Below, one piece after another: positions 10,166-21,291 of a stretch of 40,131 nt of DNA. A program made the position numbers and the translations under genes. Below the pieces are notes generated by a model, which had not been told where the DNA came from, did no database searches, and saw only the letters and a list, made by a program, of their open reading frames with translations. Each line of letters begins with the position of its first letter. Position 1 is the stretch's first letter. The stretch is taken from contig NC_068999.1 in the NCBI RefSeq assembly GCF_001194135.2, positions 17,108,206 through 17,148,336 on the forward strand. Direction: 5' to 3'. Origin of the DNA: Octopus bimaculoides. Lineage: Eukaryota.

Positions 10166-10558
10166 GTGTATATACACGCGTGTCTGCCTGTGTGTACATT
10201 TGATGTAATGCTTGTAGTATGTGTCATTTTAGATTTCATGTTCATGGTTCTGACTCCATTTTGTTTCGTTGCTGTTGTTTGGGTGGCAGACTCTTATCAG
10301 TTCCAAGTGTCTGCTTTTACTGTTGCATTTGTATATACATATCTTTCTTAGAGATGAATTAAGATATGTCTTAATTACTATGATTTTTATGATACCTATT
10401 ACATTCCAAATAATAGCTAAATCACATTTCTAGAACATAAAAGAAATTACCTTAGGCTATATGCACTGACATGTGTTTGTACACTGCTTTGTGTTTATAT
10501 ATGTGTGTATATGTATTTATATACAACTATAACTATCTATATATGTCTGTACATACAT

Positions 10559-10564
<6 letters not shown>

Positions 10565-10631
<67 letters not shown>

Positions 10632-10782
10632 NNNNNNNNNNNNNNNNNNNNNNNNNNNNNNNNNNNNNNNNNNNNNNNNNNNNNNNNNNNNNNNNNNNNN
10701 NNNNNNNNNNNNNNNNNNNNNNNNNNNNNNNNNNNNNNNNNNNNNNNNNNNNNNNNNNNNNNNNNNNNNNNNNNNNNNNNNN
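10565..10782. other. (TA)n followed by assembly gap 10632-10782
   Basis: Direct reading. Confidence 0.97.
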
Positions 10783-11769
10783 AAAGATATGCACATAGTT
10801 ACCATATCATATGGATATATATTATATTTGAAATATGGAAAATAATTTTTGTTTAAAAGCTTAAAGACATGGACACTTATATGCTCACGCATATATCATA
10901 AGAAACACACATACATGCGAATGCCACATACATACAAACTCATGTTTTTATGAATTTGATAAGAAATAAAAGACTACGTAGTGCCCATATACAATATGAA
11001 AATAAAATAATAACAAAATGCATGAAATTCCTAAAGAAGAAAATATAAACAATTTAAAAAAGAACAATTTAACAGATGTAAAATAAAAGAAAAGAAACAA
11101 AGAAAAAAGAAAAGGAAATAAATAAATATAAAAATGAAGTAAAATACGATAAAATAAACCAGCAACAACAATAATTATTCAAAGAAAAGACTAAAGAGAA
11201 CCAAAATGTAGTGATTAGGTGGCTTGAAGAAACATCGGACCAGCAGACCGTAACTAAGATAAAATATTCTTGAAGTAAAACGACCTTTTCGTTGTTGCTT
11301 TTCTATCTTCTGTTGTTTTGCTAAGGGAATAAATATAGACTCGCCAATTTCGCTGGTATCTGCTGTCAAATAGATTGTAGCTCATTTTAGTCACCATCTG
11401 GGTATCTATTTATGGTTCATGTGCCATACAAAGCTCCGAGCACTCCCAGCGGGGGCAGCTTTTTTTCTGTCTTTTGTATAGATTTTAAAAAATATTTTGT
11501 TTTATTTTCACTAGAATGTTAAGCTCGCAAACTGTACATCCTCTTCCCTTTTATTATTTGTATTTATTTATTTAATTTTTTTGTTGTTGCTGTTATTTAC
11601 CCTGTACGTGTTTAACTCTTTTTGAAATATGTCAATCTGTCTGCCTTTCTCGCACACAGTTCCCACACCATCATAAACAAACTCCCACTCAAACATATAC
11701 CTGCACACATAACACACACATAAATCTACACACATACATAGGTGTATACGTATATATATATATTTTTTT

Positions 11770-12015
11770 ATCTTCTATCTTTTACCTGTTTCAGTCATTA
11801 GACTTGAATTTTTAGTCGAATGAATCGCAGTACTTATCTTTTTAAGCGTGGTAGTTTATTTCATCGCTCTCTTTTGCCGAAACCGCTACGTTACAGGAAT
11901 ATAAACATACCAACACCGGTTGTCAACTGGAGATGGGGGAGACAAACTTAGATTCACACACTTAGATACACATATACCCATACAGATACACACACATATG
12001 TATATGTGACAAAAA

Positions 12016-12061
<46 letters not shown>

Positions 12062-12090
12062 CGTTTGTGTATGTATGTGTCTTTGTGTGT
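11770..12090 (-). mobile_element. 3' half of family B SINE with its internal CA/TG microsatellite
   Basis: tgtttcagtcatt...tagtcgaa...cttttgccgaaaccgctacgttac...caacaccggttgtcaa is the reverse complement of the 3' module at 24304-24510. Confidence 0.8.
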
Positions 12091-12283
12091 GTGATCGTGA
12101 ATGTACCTGTTTGGTCGTTTATATAAGTACGGTGGGTACATTTTGATTATCTCACCCCAATTAAAAAATTGGGTGATCTTTTTATGAAAAAATATAAGTA
12201 CTTTTGATTATCTCCCCCAACTAAAACAAATGCGTAACCCTCAATAAAACAAAGAATAAAAAAATGAAAAACATTAATAAACA

Positions 12284-12307
12284 GGCGCAGGAGTGGCTGT
12301 ATGGTAA
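12284..12307 (+). mobile_element. Isolated 24-bp 5' tip of family B SINE (A-box region)
   Basis: ggcgcaggagtggctgtatggtaa matches the family B start as I recall it, and agrees partly with heads at 26293 and 27964. Nothing downstream matches. Confidence 0.5.
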
Positions 12308-12557
12308 ATTTGGGATAATTTGGAAAGGGAATGAAAAATAAGAACTTCCCTTTCAAAATTATCCCTAATTTGTGATGTGGAGTTTTGACTGCTCCTTCTA
12401 GCAGGTTAGATATCCTATTATGGACATCTCTGATGTGTTTAAATGTACACTGTATTTTGAATGAATAATGTTTAGTCTATTGACTAATTTTTTCTTCTTG
12501 CTAGACCACTGGTGGCAAATAGAATTTCTAAAACATTTTTGCTACCCTCAGATTTAT

Positions 12558-12658
12558 TATATATATATATATATATNNNNNNNNNNNNNNNNNNNNNNNN
12601 NNNNNNNNNNNNNNNNNNNNNNNNNNNNNNNNNNNNNNNNNNNNNNNNNNNNNNTATA

Positions 12659-12698
<40 letters not shown>
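12558..12698. other. Assembly gap 12577-12654 flanked by (TA)n
   Basis: N-run. Confidence 0.97.
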
Positions 12699-12700
<2 letters not shown>

Positions 12701-13221
12701 GCATGGATGCATACATAAGTATGTGTTACTACGTATTAAGAATCATTGCTTCCTGTGCGTATGTTGTTACGTTTGTTTATATAATATTCCCATTTATTTT
12801 CTGCTACGTATGCATACGCTCACGTATATGTTCGTATGTATGTGATTATGTGTCTCAATTTGAAGAATATGTCTGCATAGGTTCTTTTAAAAATATCTGT
12901 CACGTTGAAAATGCAAGACGTACATTTTAAGATAAAAAGAAAATGCCATTAATGTGTCATCCTGACCTAACGGAGGAAACAGCTTGCTTTGCTACATTGC
13001 TTTATTTCATTATCTTACAACTATGCCTATATAATTGTACGTACAGCACCATCGTGGCATATAAAGCAGTGCTTTCTGTTTTATGTGAGCAATTTTCTTT
13101 ATGGAACTTAGGTTTCGTATATTTTGTAGCTATTTCTCTTTTTTTTTTTCTATTCTTTAATATCTTCTTGTGTTTTCTATTATAATTCCATTCACATTGT
13201 GGATTCTTTGTAGGAATATTA

Positions 13222-13375
13222 AACCGACCGCAGTGCTTGACTGGTAATTTATTTTATCGATTCTGGAAAGAAGAAAGGTAAACTTGAACTAGGCCGGATT
13301 TGAACTCGGATTTTACAAAATCGAAGTAAATACCTCAGGGCATTTTGTCAATTCACACTACCGATTCAGCCACTG
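13222..13375 (-). mobile_element. Old family A SINE
   Basis: cagtgcttgactggtaatttattttatcga...ggatttgaactcgga...gcattttgtc...ctaccgattcagcc is the reverse complement of head, B-box and core. Confidence 0.7.
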
Positions 13376-13544
13376 CATCGCATTTAAATTATCATTGTTA
13401 CTGATGGCAATCCTGTTACTGTTGCTGTTGTCGATTTTGTCGTTGTCCTACATAACTGCAGACCAACTCAGGTCATGCATGTCTATGCTCAAAAGGTTTA
13501 CTGTCATATTTTTTCATCAGGGCTTTAATCGTATTTCGTTTTAC

Positions 13545-13790
13545 TAAGTTCAGCCATTCATCGCAGCTAGTGCTCAGCCAACATATCCCAGAACTTGCGT
13601 TTGTACTTCTAGCACGTATTGAATTGGTTGCTAGCTGGACCGTTTGTTACGAGGACGTAAATAACCAACAGCAGTTGTGAAGTAGTGTAGGAACAAATAC
13701 GACAAGCGCACACGCATACGCATATATGTGTGTGTGTGTGTGTGTTTGTGTGTGTGTGTTTGTGTGTCTGCGTATGTCTGTGTGTGTTAA
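13545..13790 (-). mobile_element. Decayed 3' half of family B SINE plus (TG)n
   Basis: gttacgaggacgtaaataaccaacagcagttgtgaag matches the reverse complement of ttgacaaccgattctagtatgcttacgtccccgtaag at 24331-24367. Confidence 0.6.
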
Positions 13791-13957
13791 GCCGTTAATC
13801 CCTACACATTTTTTCTCTCACCGTTTTTCCGTTCTTTCTCCGTTTCTCTTTTATTTTAATCCTTTCTGTCGAAGAGAGTATGCACAAATCGTCAAAGACT
13901 TTTCCATTCTTCCCGAGTGTAAAACTAATAAACCTGCCTGTTTTTCCTTCCTCCATC

Positions 13958-14082
13958 NNNNNNNNNNNNNNNNNNNNNNNNNNNNNNNNNNNNNNNNNNN
14001 NNNNNNNNNNNNNNNNNNNNNNNNNNNNNNNNNNNNNNNNNNNNNNNNNNNNNNNNNNNNNNNNNNNNNNNNNNNNNNNNNN

Positions 14083-14128
<46 letters not shown>
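13958..14128. other. Assembly gap 13958-14082 followed by (GA)n
   Basis: Direct reading. Confidence 0.97.
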
Positions 14129-14132
14129 GGGG

Positions 14133-14294
14133 TACTGGCTTCTGTACGGTTTTCGTTTGTCTGCCAAATTCATTCACAAGTCTTTGGTCGGCCCGGGCCT
14201 TTAGTAGAAGACAAGTACCAAACGTGAAGCAGTGTCACTGGACACGACAAAACGTAGCCGGAGAGCGAGCTTTTTAACCAGCCATGGTACAGGC
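14133..14294 (-). mobile_element. 5' half of family B SINE
   Basis: gtctgccaaattcattcacaagtctttggtcggcccgggcctttagtagaagac is the reverse complement of gtgtcttttgctatagcctcgggctgactaaagccttgtgagtagatttggtagac in the 26293 copy. Confidence 0.75.
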
Positions 14295-14426
14295 AAATAT
14301 GCGCTATCTATACTGGAATGCATTGTCCAGTACTTAATATGTCCTTCCATCTTAAAGTGGATGGAGTGTCATGAATATTGGTTGATATTTGGAGCATATT
14401 GAATGACTTAGTGACCAACTAAAGAT

Positions 14427-14506
14427 TAGATGAGATCTTTTTTCTCTATAGCGACACTGTAGATGAGATTTTTTGTTTTGTTTTTTTTTTCTCTATAGCG
14501 ACACTG
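14427..14506 (+). repeat. Two-copy tandem duplication with T-tract expansion
   Basis: tagatgagat-T tract-ctctatagcgacactg at 14427-14459 and again at 14460-14506. Confidence 0.9.
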
Positions 14507-14975
14507 ATCGAATGCATTCATACCGACTCCATTCAGTTTCTGTTTTGTATACATACTATGCCCTGGATGACACATACCATGTCATCACTGACGTTTAGTT
14601 AATAATACAACTATATATTCCACATATTTTTCTCAAAATTTTCTTGTTTATATGTATAAATTATTACCTTAAAAATCTTATAATTTACATTTAAAACTGA
14701 GTAGTTTGAGAATTTTCATTTTTTTATGACTAAATGATACAGTTAATTATTAACCGTTTGTTTGCGATGTCAGAAAATGTCTCGTTTTTTTTCCCTATGT
14801 TTTCTCCTCTTCGTCGACCCTCCGACTCTCTTCGTCTATGTACCACTAACTTTCGTTTGAAAAGGATATTTAGATAAGAAATTTAGAAAGGAAATCACTA
14901 TAAAATTGTGTCCAACGCACTGTTAAACAATTCAGTCCGTCCAAGTTTAGCTTGTCAAAGTGCATCAGAACTTAC

Positions 14976-15009
14976 GTAAAATTTTTCAATATATGCCATC
15001 AACCACTCA
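14976..15009 (-). CDS. Candidate 34-nt exon, phase 1 to 0 (EWLMAYIEKFY)
   Basis: Weak acceptor caaattcatttag, consensus donor TAC|gtaagt. Phase-compatible with the candidate at 15537-15585. Confidence 0.12.
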
Positions 15010-15536
15010 CTAAATGAATTTGATTGTATTTGTCCATTGAATCAATTGTTAATACACAGTACTGAAGAATAGCACGCGATTGCAATGAATTAGTAAAATA
15101 TTTAGCGGGGCTGTTACAATTCAATCTAACGAGATTGTTTTCCCCTTTACCCTGATGTCACTCCGGGTAATTACCAACCAAATAAATAGGCTGACATAAT
15201 CGACGTCACGCATTCCGAAGATTTTTATATTTGAGACTACTAAAAAAAAAGTTTATTTGTAAATACTAAGGTACTGTATTCTCAGAACTTGCAGAGAAAT
15301 CGATTAGTTGACTTGCATGTATTTAGTTTGTGAGTTCAAACTACCCAAGATCGGATTTTGCTCTTCATTTTCCGAGTCCGGGATCACCAAAGCAAATGTG
15401 GGTCAAATTTTGCAGTTTATACAACTTGCTGTACCCTTTCATAAAATCCCAAGAAGTTTCTCTTTGATAAATTGAAAACAATGTATTGCTAAAATTAGAC
15501 AAGAGAAATACAAAATACAGTCGTACGAGAGCTTAC

Positions 15537-15585
15537 GTTCTCTGTTTAAATATTGTTTATTTGGGCTTTTTAACCTTCTATTGAC
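15537..15585 (-). CDS. Candidate 49-nt exon, phase 0 to 1 (VNRRLKSPNKQYLNRE)
   Basis: Acceptor ctctatttcatag, donor AAC|gtaagc, single open frame. Splice-signal pattern only. Confidence 0.15.
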
Positions 15586-15896
15586 CTATGAAATAGAGCC
15601 AGTCAATTAGTTGCTGATATGTTCAGCTGAAATGAAATCATAATTTGTCAAGGCGTCTCATATTTACGGTAGTTGAAATGAATAGAAAAAAAAACAACTT
15701 AATTGAAAGAGAAAGAGTGAGAGAGAAGTGAGAGGGGAAAAGGGGAGAGATAGCAATGATTAATACAAGATTCATATGAGGGATAATAGGAACAAATTCA
15801 AAATCCATTTCAATCTGCAAGTATATATTGTAGAACAACTTCCAGCGTCTGTTCGTCATATAGTAATCTCCTACTTTGCTTTAAGATTTTAAACAT

Positions 15897-16430
15897 ATGT
15901 AACAAAATCTCGCTTCCCAAACACATGGTTCCGAATAAAGTCGCAGTGCATAGCACGTTGTGTAAGTGTCTTCTGCTAAAGCTTCGTGTTGAGTAAAGCC
16001 TTGTGAGTAGATTTGGTGGACGGAAACAGACAAAGATCCACCTCTCTCTGTTNNNNNNNNNNNNNNNNNNNNNNNNNNNNNNNNNNNNNNNNNNNNNNNN
16101 NNNNNNNNNNNNNNNNNNNNNNNNNNNNNNNNNNNNNNNNNNNNNNNNNNNNCTTGTGAGTGGATTTGGTAGACGGAAACCAAAAGAAGCCCGTCGTATA
16201 TACGTATATATGTATGTGTGTTTGTCCGTCTGTGTTTATATTCCAATGCTTGACAACCAGTGATGGTTTATGTATGTCCTCGTAACTTGGCAAAAAAAAC
16301 TGATAGAATAAGTAACAGACTTTAAAAAAATAAAAATTAAAAAAACTTAAGTACTGGGGTCGATTTATTCCACTAAACCTTTTAAAGCAGCGTCTCATCG
16401 AGGCTGCAAGTAAAATAAGTAAAATATAAA
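15897..16430 (+). mobile_element. Family B SINE sequence spanning a 100-bp gap (16053-16152)
   Basis: Head cgcttcccaaacacatggttcc, body aaagccttgtgagtagatttgg, and 3' module gcttgacaacc...ctggggtcgatttattccactaa. Confidence 0.8.
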
Positions 16431-16465
16431 CGGTAAAATATAAAACATACGCAGAGAACGTTTCT

Positions 16466-16692
16466 TATTTCTTTATTGTCCACAAGGGGCCAAACATAGA
16501 GGGGACAAACAAGGACAGACAAAGGGATCAAGTCAATTACATCGACCCAGTGCGTTACTGGTACTTAATCTATCGACTCCGAAAGGATGAAAGGCAAAGT
16601 CGACTTCGGTGGAATTTGAACTCAGAACGTAACGGTAGACGAAATACCGCTAAGCATTTGGCCCGGCGTGCTAACCTTTCTGCCAGCTCGCC
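16466..16692 (-). mobile_element. Young, near full-length family A SINE with 12-bp TSD
   Basis: The minus strand reads GGCGAGCTGGCAGAAAGGTTAGC...GAGTTCAAATTCC...AAAGAAATA. It is flanked by identical gagaacgtttct at 16454-16465 and 16693-16704. Confidence 0.93.
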
Positions 16693-16979
16693 GAGAACGT
16701 TTCTGTTTACAAAAATTTATTCGATAATTGCAGTTTATTGAAGGTGTTCAATGCGTTATTTCATATATACAACTCACAGAATTGAAAAATAGAAGGAAAG
16801 TTTTGCAATGGAGTCAGAAAAACGAATTTTGTAGACAATGAGTATAGTTAAATCGAGCATACAAATTTGGAAGACATGTAAAACAAAACGTAGAGAAAGA
16901 AGGGAAATAGACGATAAGAGTACGAGATGATATATGTTAATAGAAGTGTTTAATAGAAGTGAAGTCATGCACGTTAGCA

Positions 16980-17435
16980 AGAAATAGCAAGAGATTAAGA
17001 TGGGAAGAGCTAGAATAACATTAAAAGCTGAACGTAGGGACGTTAGGGATGAGAATGAAAGATGGGAGCGAAAGTAATAGAGACAGTGACATTGAAAAAG
17101 TAATTAAAATAGGAAGTATAACGTATAGAGACGAAGAAAATGTGGTATATAGTTCGTATACAGAACGATATGGGAAGGGGAGAATATGTTGTATGATACT
17201 GAGAGAGAGATGAAGAGGGAGGGAAAAGAGTAACAGACAGAGACAGGAAGCGACAGGAAGAGGCAGATGGAATAATAAAGAATGAAAAAGAGAGACAGCG
17301 GGGGGAAAAAGCTTATGTGAGCTATCTTAGTTTTTGAAACTGAGGGAGAAAAAAGATATGGTGGATTAGGGAGGAAAGGATCAAGAGAGGTAAAGTGTGT
17401 GCTCGCACGTGTGTATATGTATTAGAGATAGATAG

Positions 17436-17489
<54 letters not shown>

Positions 17490-17830
17490 TGAAGCTTCAA
17501 ACTACAAAGTATTTTTGGACCATTTTTCTTCATCAAATTCCATCCTTCTAGTTTGTCGTGTATCTGCGTATAACTCATTCTCTCACTCACACTCTATCTC
17601 CCTCTCTCTTACACACACTCACACACATACACTCTTTCCTTATGTAGCTGTGCTGAGAGGGAGAGGGTAAGAAAGAGAGAGAGAGAGAGAAGACGATATA
17701 GAAGGATAAGACAGAGTGTGGGGAGAAAGAAAAGGCGAGCTTGTGTGGATAGGGTGCCAAAACAGGGAAGCGAAATAGACAGAAATAGACATATTATACA
17801 GTGACAGAGAGGAAGGGAGCCATTGTTAGC
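16980..17830. repeat. Long purine-rich (GA) low-complexity domain with pure (GA)n at 17439-17486 and a CT-rich interruption at about 17575-17640
   Basis: Direct reading. Confidence 0.75.
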
Positions 17831-18302
17831 CGTATATACCTAGTGTTTTGGAAGAAAACAACAAAACATATACTATAAAGGAGTCTGTGACGTTATGCGT
17901 CTGCAAGAAAACGTCTGTCTCGAAACTATATATGTATACTGAGATATATTCATATCCAGATATAGACATGTGCTAAAGAACTATAGTCTTCTAGTCTCAT
18001 GTGGCGTCTTAAAATCACATAATGGCTTTAAAATTTCTTGTTATAGTTATATACTTAATTTGTATTGTATTTCATTTGTTTTTTTAGGAAATGTTTATGG
18101 AAACAATTTATTTGACAACTATCACAGTAAATGAGAGAAATTTTAAATAACATAGTTATTTGCCTAAGTTTGTAAGTTTTCACTATTTCAATACTATTTT
18201 CAAATATAAACCGTATCAGCTTTAATTATACCATTTACTCTCGTCACTCGAAACTGAATGTTGTGTATATATATATTGTCGTTCTTTAGTTGAAGTTAGT
18301 AA

Positions 18303-18725
18303 ATTGGCAGAATCTTTAGAGTGTCGGATAAAATGCATTACCGCATTTGCTCCGGATTTATATGTTGTTAGTTCAAGCCGGTTGAAGTTCAACGCTGCCT
18401 TTTATTCTCCTGAGGTCGATAAAATTAGTACCACACATGTACTAAGGCGGCGAACTGGCAGAAACGTTAGCACACCGGGCGAAATGCTTAGCGGTATTTC
18501 GTCTGCCGCTACGTTCTGAGTTCAAATTCCGCCGAGGTAGACTTTGCCTTTCATCCTTTCGGGGTCGATCAAATAAGTACCAGTTACGCACTGGGGTCGG
18601 TATAATCGACTTAATCCGTTTGTCTGTCCCCTCTGTGTGTAGCCCCTTGTGGGTAGTAAAGAAATAACACATGTACTGGGCTTTTATTGAACCCTAAGAA
18701 TCGTTGATCTTGTGTCAAAATTATG
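18303..18725 (+). mobile_element. Old family A SINE split by the younger insertion at 18444-18666
   Basis: ttggcagaatctttagagtgtcggataaaatgc...gttcaagcc...gaggtcgataaaattagtacc[acacatgtact | insert | acacatgtact]ggg...cttgtgtcaaaatt. Confidence 0.7.
18444..18666 (+). mobile_element. Young full-length family A SINE with 11-bp TSD
   Basis: A-box-like TGGCAGAAACGTTAG (18456-18470), B-box-like GAGTTCAAATTCC (18518-18530), end aaagaaata. TSD acacatgtact at 18433-18443 and 18667-18677. Confidence 0.95.
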
Positions 18726-19761
18726 ATGTAAACTGCTTTCACTTGGTTCATTTCTGACTATGGTATTTGTCATCCGTTATAAGTGCTTAAATTCTAAAAT
18801 GTTTGTCTTCAAAGCACAGATATTTCGTAAAATACTAGGTGTAGAGAGAAGAGAGACATGAACTTTAGACTACCTTCGATTCACTACTAATAATATCTTA
18901 TTACAGGCGTCACCCTCATAGCACCCGATATCGGAACAGAATCTGTCAGACAGCAGCCCAGGCATTTTGTACCACGCACGTGTCTCATGCAAGACAATTT
19001 TCCCGCAGACATGGGATCACATACATAACAAAATTCAATAAAATGCATAACACATGAATTAATTATTAAACACGCAAAGCAAATGCAATTATTGCATTGT
19101 ATGTTATGTACTTTATATCTACAGTTAATACATTAAAGAATGCGACAGTTAAAAAATAAGAATAAAAATAACAAGTTTTATTAGTTTTGTGCTGCCCAAT
19201 TATTTAAGACCCTTGCCGTAAGACAATCAGTCCAACAATATCAGAATTTCGCCAACCCACCGCTTTAGAATGTTAATTCATTCACGAGATTTGAATGAAG
19301 TTGACGTCAGCAAAATTTGAGCTTGAAGCACAGAATGTCTGCAGAAACAAGCAAAGAATTCTATGCGGCGCTCTAATGACTTCTCCAGAACATCCTAATG
19401 CACAGTTTTATTATCTGTTAACAATTATCACCTAGTTCTTCAACAAGATCCATTAGTTTATGATAATCCCTTATCTAAATTCGGCTGTGTGCATTCTGCT
19501 AACTTCTAATAGTTTCTCCAATTTACACACCTCAGTTTCATTTACAGCTCTCGAAAAACAGTTCACCTCATTACTTCGAAGTGCCCTACTCGAAAACAAC
19601 AGAGCTAAAAGCACTTTATGCAACACATTAGCTATCTGAGAATGTATATGAGATTCTGCTTGCGTAAAAGCAAGGCAAACAAGTAGAGAATCATACGCGA
19701 AGATAAAGAGGAAAAAAGATAGTGAGAGTGTTAGAAAAGAAGCAGAGATATTCAGAAGAAT

Positions 19762-19816
19762 ACACATGTGATAGTCATCATCCCTTGTAGAATAACTGTT
19801 TACACTCTCTAATTCC
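19762..19816 (+). repeat. 55-bp dispersed repeat, copy 1
   Basis: 48/55 identical, without gaps, to 21292-21346. Confidence 0.85.
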
Positions 19817-20417
19817 CCCTTTCTTTTGTTCCTGTCTTTCACAATATCCTCCCATCCGTCCTTTTTCTCTTCCTTTCTCTGAGATGTAGATGCGAGAATA
19901 GGTTGTGAAAGAAGGAAATATAAGCGATATGAGAAATATATAGAAAATGAATGAGTAGTATTAAGTGAAACGAAAGCCAACAAAATTGAAACAAAGTAAT
20001 AGATAAAGGAAGAGAAAGCTAAGTGGAGTATATGAAGATTGTAATATGAAAAATGGAGTGATTCTAAGATATACATACGCATTGACTGCCGGTATCGGTT
20101 TTCGCAGAACTGCAATTTTAATTACGATCCAGAAAGAAGAGCACTTGACTCAGCTGTTAGCTAAGTATTTCAAATAAATTAAATAACATGTATATTCACC
20201 TTTTTCTAATATATTCAGAGATGTGATGTACAAACTAATAACAGTGAGAACAACAAGAATGCCAGCAGCAACCAGCATACATGTGAAAACATCCACACAC
20301 AGAGACACAGACACAATGAGACATACATACAAACAGACAGAAGCATTTATTTATAGAAGCACATTGAAGAATATATAAACCCCAGCAAGTACTTATTAGT
20401 GATACGTAGATATGAGT

Positions 20418-20543
20418 TTTTTTCTTTTATTTTTTTATGTGTTTCAGTCATTTGACTGCGGCCATGCTGGAGCACCACTTTTTAGTCGAGCAAACCGACC
20501 CTAGAACTTATTCTTTGTTAGCCTAGTACTTATTCTATCGGTC
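20418..20543 (-). mobile_element. 3' end of family B SINE
   Basis: gtttcagtcatttgactgcggccatgctggagcacc...tagtcgag...cttattctttgttagcctagtacttattctatcggtc is the reverse complement of 24390-24500. Confidence 0.88.
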
Positions 20544-20619
20544 AATCATGGTGGCTGGCTGGCTGGTTGGACAGGAGAGCTAGAAAGAAGGGGAGATAAT
20601 AAAGTATTGGAAATCCCAA

Positions 20620-20955
20620 ACATGTGCATGTGTATGTGAGAGTGTGCAATGAGGGCGTGTAACCTCGACATGTGGATGTGTGCGTCTGTAATGTGTGGGT
20701 GTGTGGTTGACGGTGTGTGTGCTGGGAAGTGGTCAGTGCTAGTGTGTGCAGGTTTGTGTGATGTGGTGTGATATGGTGTGGTGTGGTGTGGAGTGATGTG
20801 GTGTGGTGGTGTGTGTATGGTGTGGCTGAAGGGAAGTCTTCACTGCTAGTGTGTGTGTGTGGGGGGGNNNNNNNNNNNNNNNNNNNNNNNNNNNNNNNNN
20901 NNNNNNNNNNNNNNNNNNNNNNNNNNNNNNNNNNNNNNNNNNNNNNNNNNNNNNN

Positions 20956-21000
<45 letters not shown>
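20620..21000. repeat. Degenerate (GT)/(GTGTG)n tract, gap 20868-20955, then (TA)n
   Basis: Direct reading. Confidence 0.9.
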
Positions 21001-21003
<3 letters not shown>

Positions 21004-21091
21004 TTAGGCATTGCGAGACTAATAACCGGTTGTAGAACTCAATATACGTACGCATCAGAACAGGCGTGTACTGAAAGGTATTAGGAAAGTG

Positions 21092-21254
21092 AGATGACAA
21101 AGGAATAAACCTTTGTCTTATAAACTTCATTAGTCTATGGGTGTTACTGTTATAAGATGCAGTAACTCATAGTTGAGTGCCCGAGTAACACATTATAGCA
21201 GTAAGAGTTGTAAACAAATGGAGCTCAAAAGATAATCATTTATTCCTGTCATCT
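21092..21254. repeat. Degenerate 163-bp palindrome (IR3); probable old hairpin MITE
   Basis: Terminal agatgacaaaggaataaa pairs with tttattcctgtcatct (reverse complement agatgacaggaataaa). The next 50 bp of each arm match at 32/50 without gaps, including ttactg(t/c)tataa. Confidence 0.75.
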
Positions 21255-21291
21255 AACACACACACACACACACACACATGCATATACACAC

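Noticed and set aside
16000-16180. Near-duplicate cttgtgagtRgatttggtRgacggaaac on both sides of an exactly 100-bp gap
   Set aside because: A 100-N gap is usually a placeholder of unknown size. The two sides may be two SINE copies or two haplotypes, so no biological duplication can be claimed.
18444-18535. tRNA-like heads as real tRNA genes
   Set aside because: A and B boxes are present but the spacing is too long, there is no complete cloverleaf, and each is fused to a SINE body.
16466-18666. Excess of A/G over C/T differences between two young SINE copies, suggesting retrotransposition of A-to-I edited RNA
   Set aside because: Polarising with the third copy (25063) gives G-to-A about as often as A-to-G, some at CpG sites, and the numbers are small.
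19302-19309. Perfect CRE TGACGTCA
   Set aside because: A single 8-mer in 40 kb is close to chance expectation, and it sits next to a decayed SINE-like fragment.
19471-20115. Longest gap-free ORF (214 aa, minus strand)
   Set aside because: TTG start and an F/L/S/I-biased composition that mirrors the purine-rich plus strand. It has no domain and crosses the 55-bp repeat.
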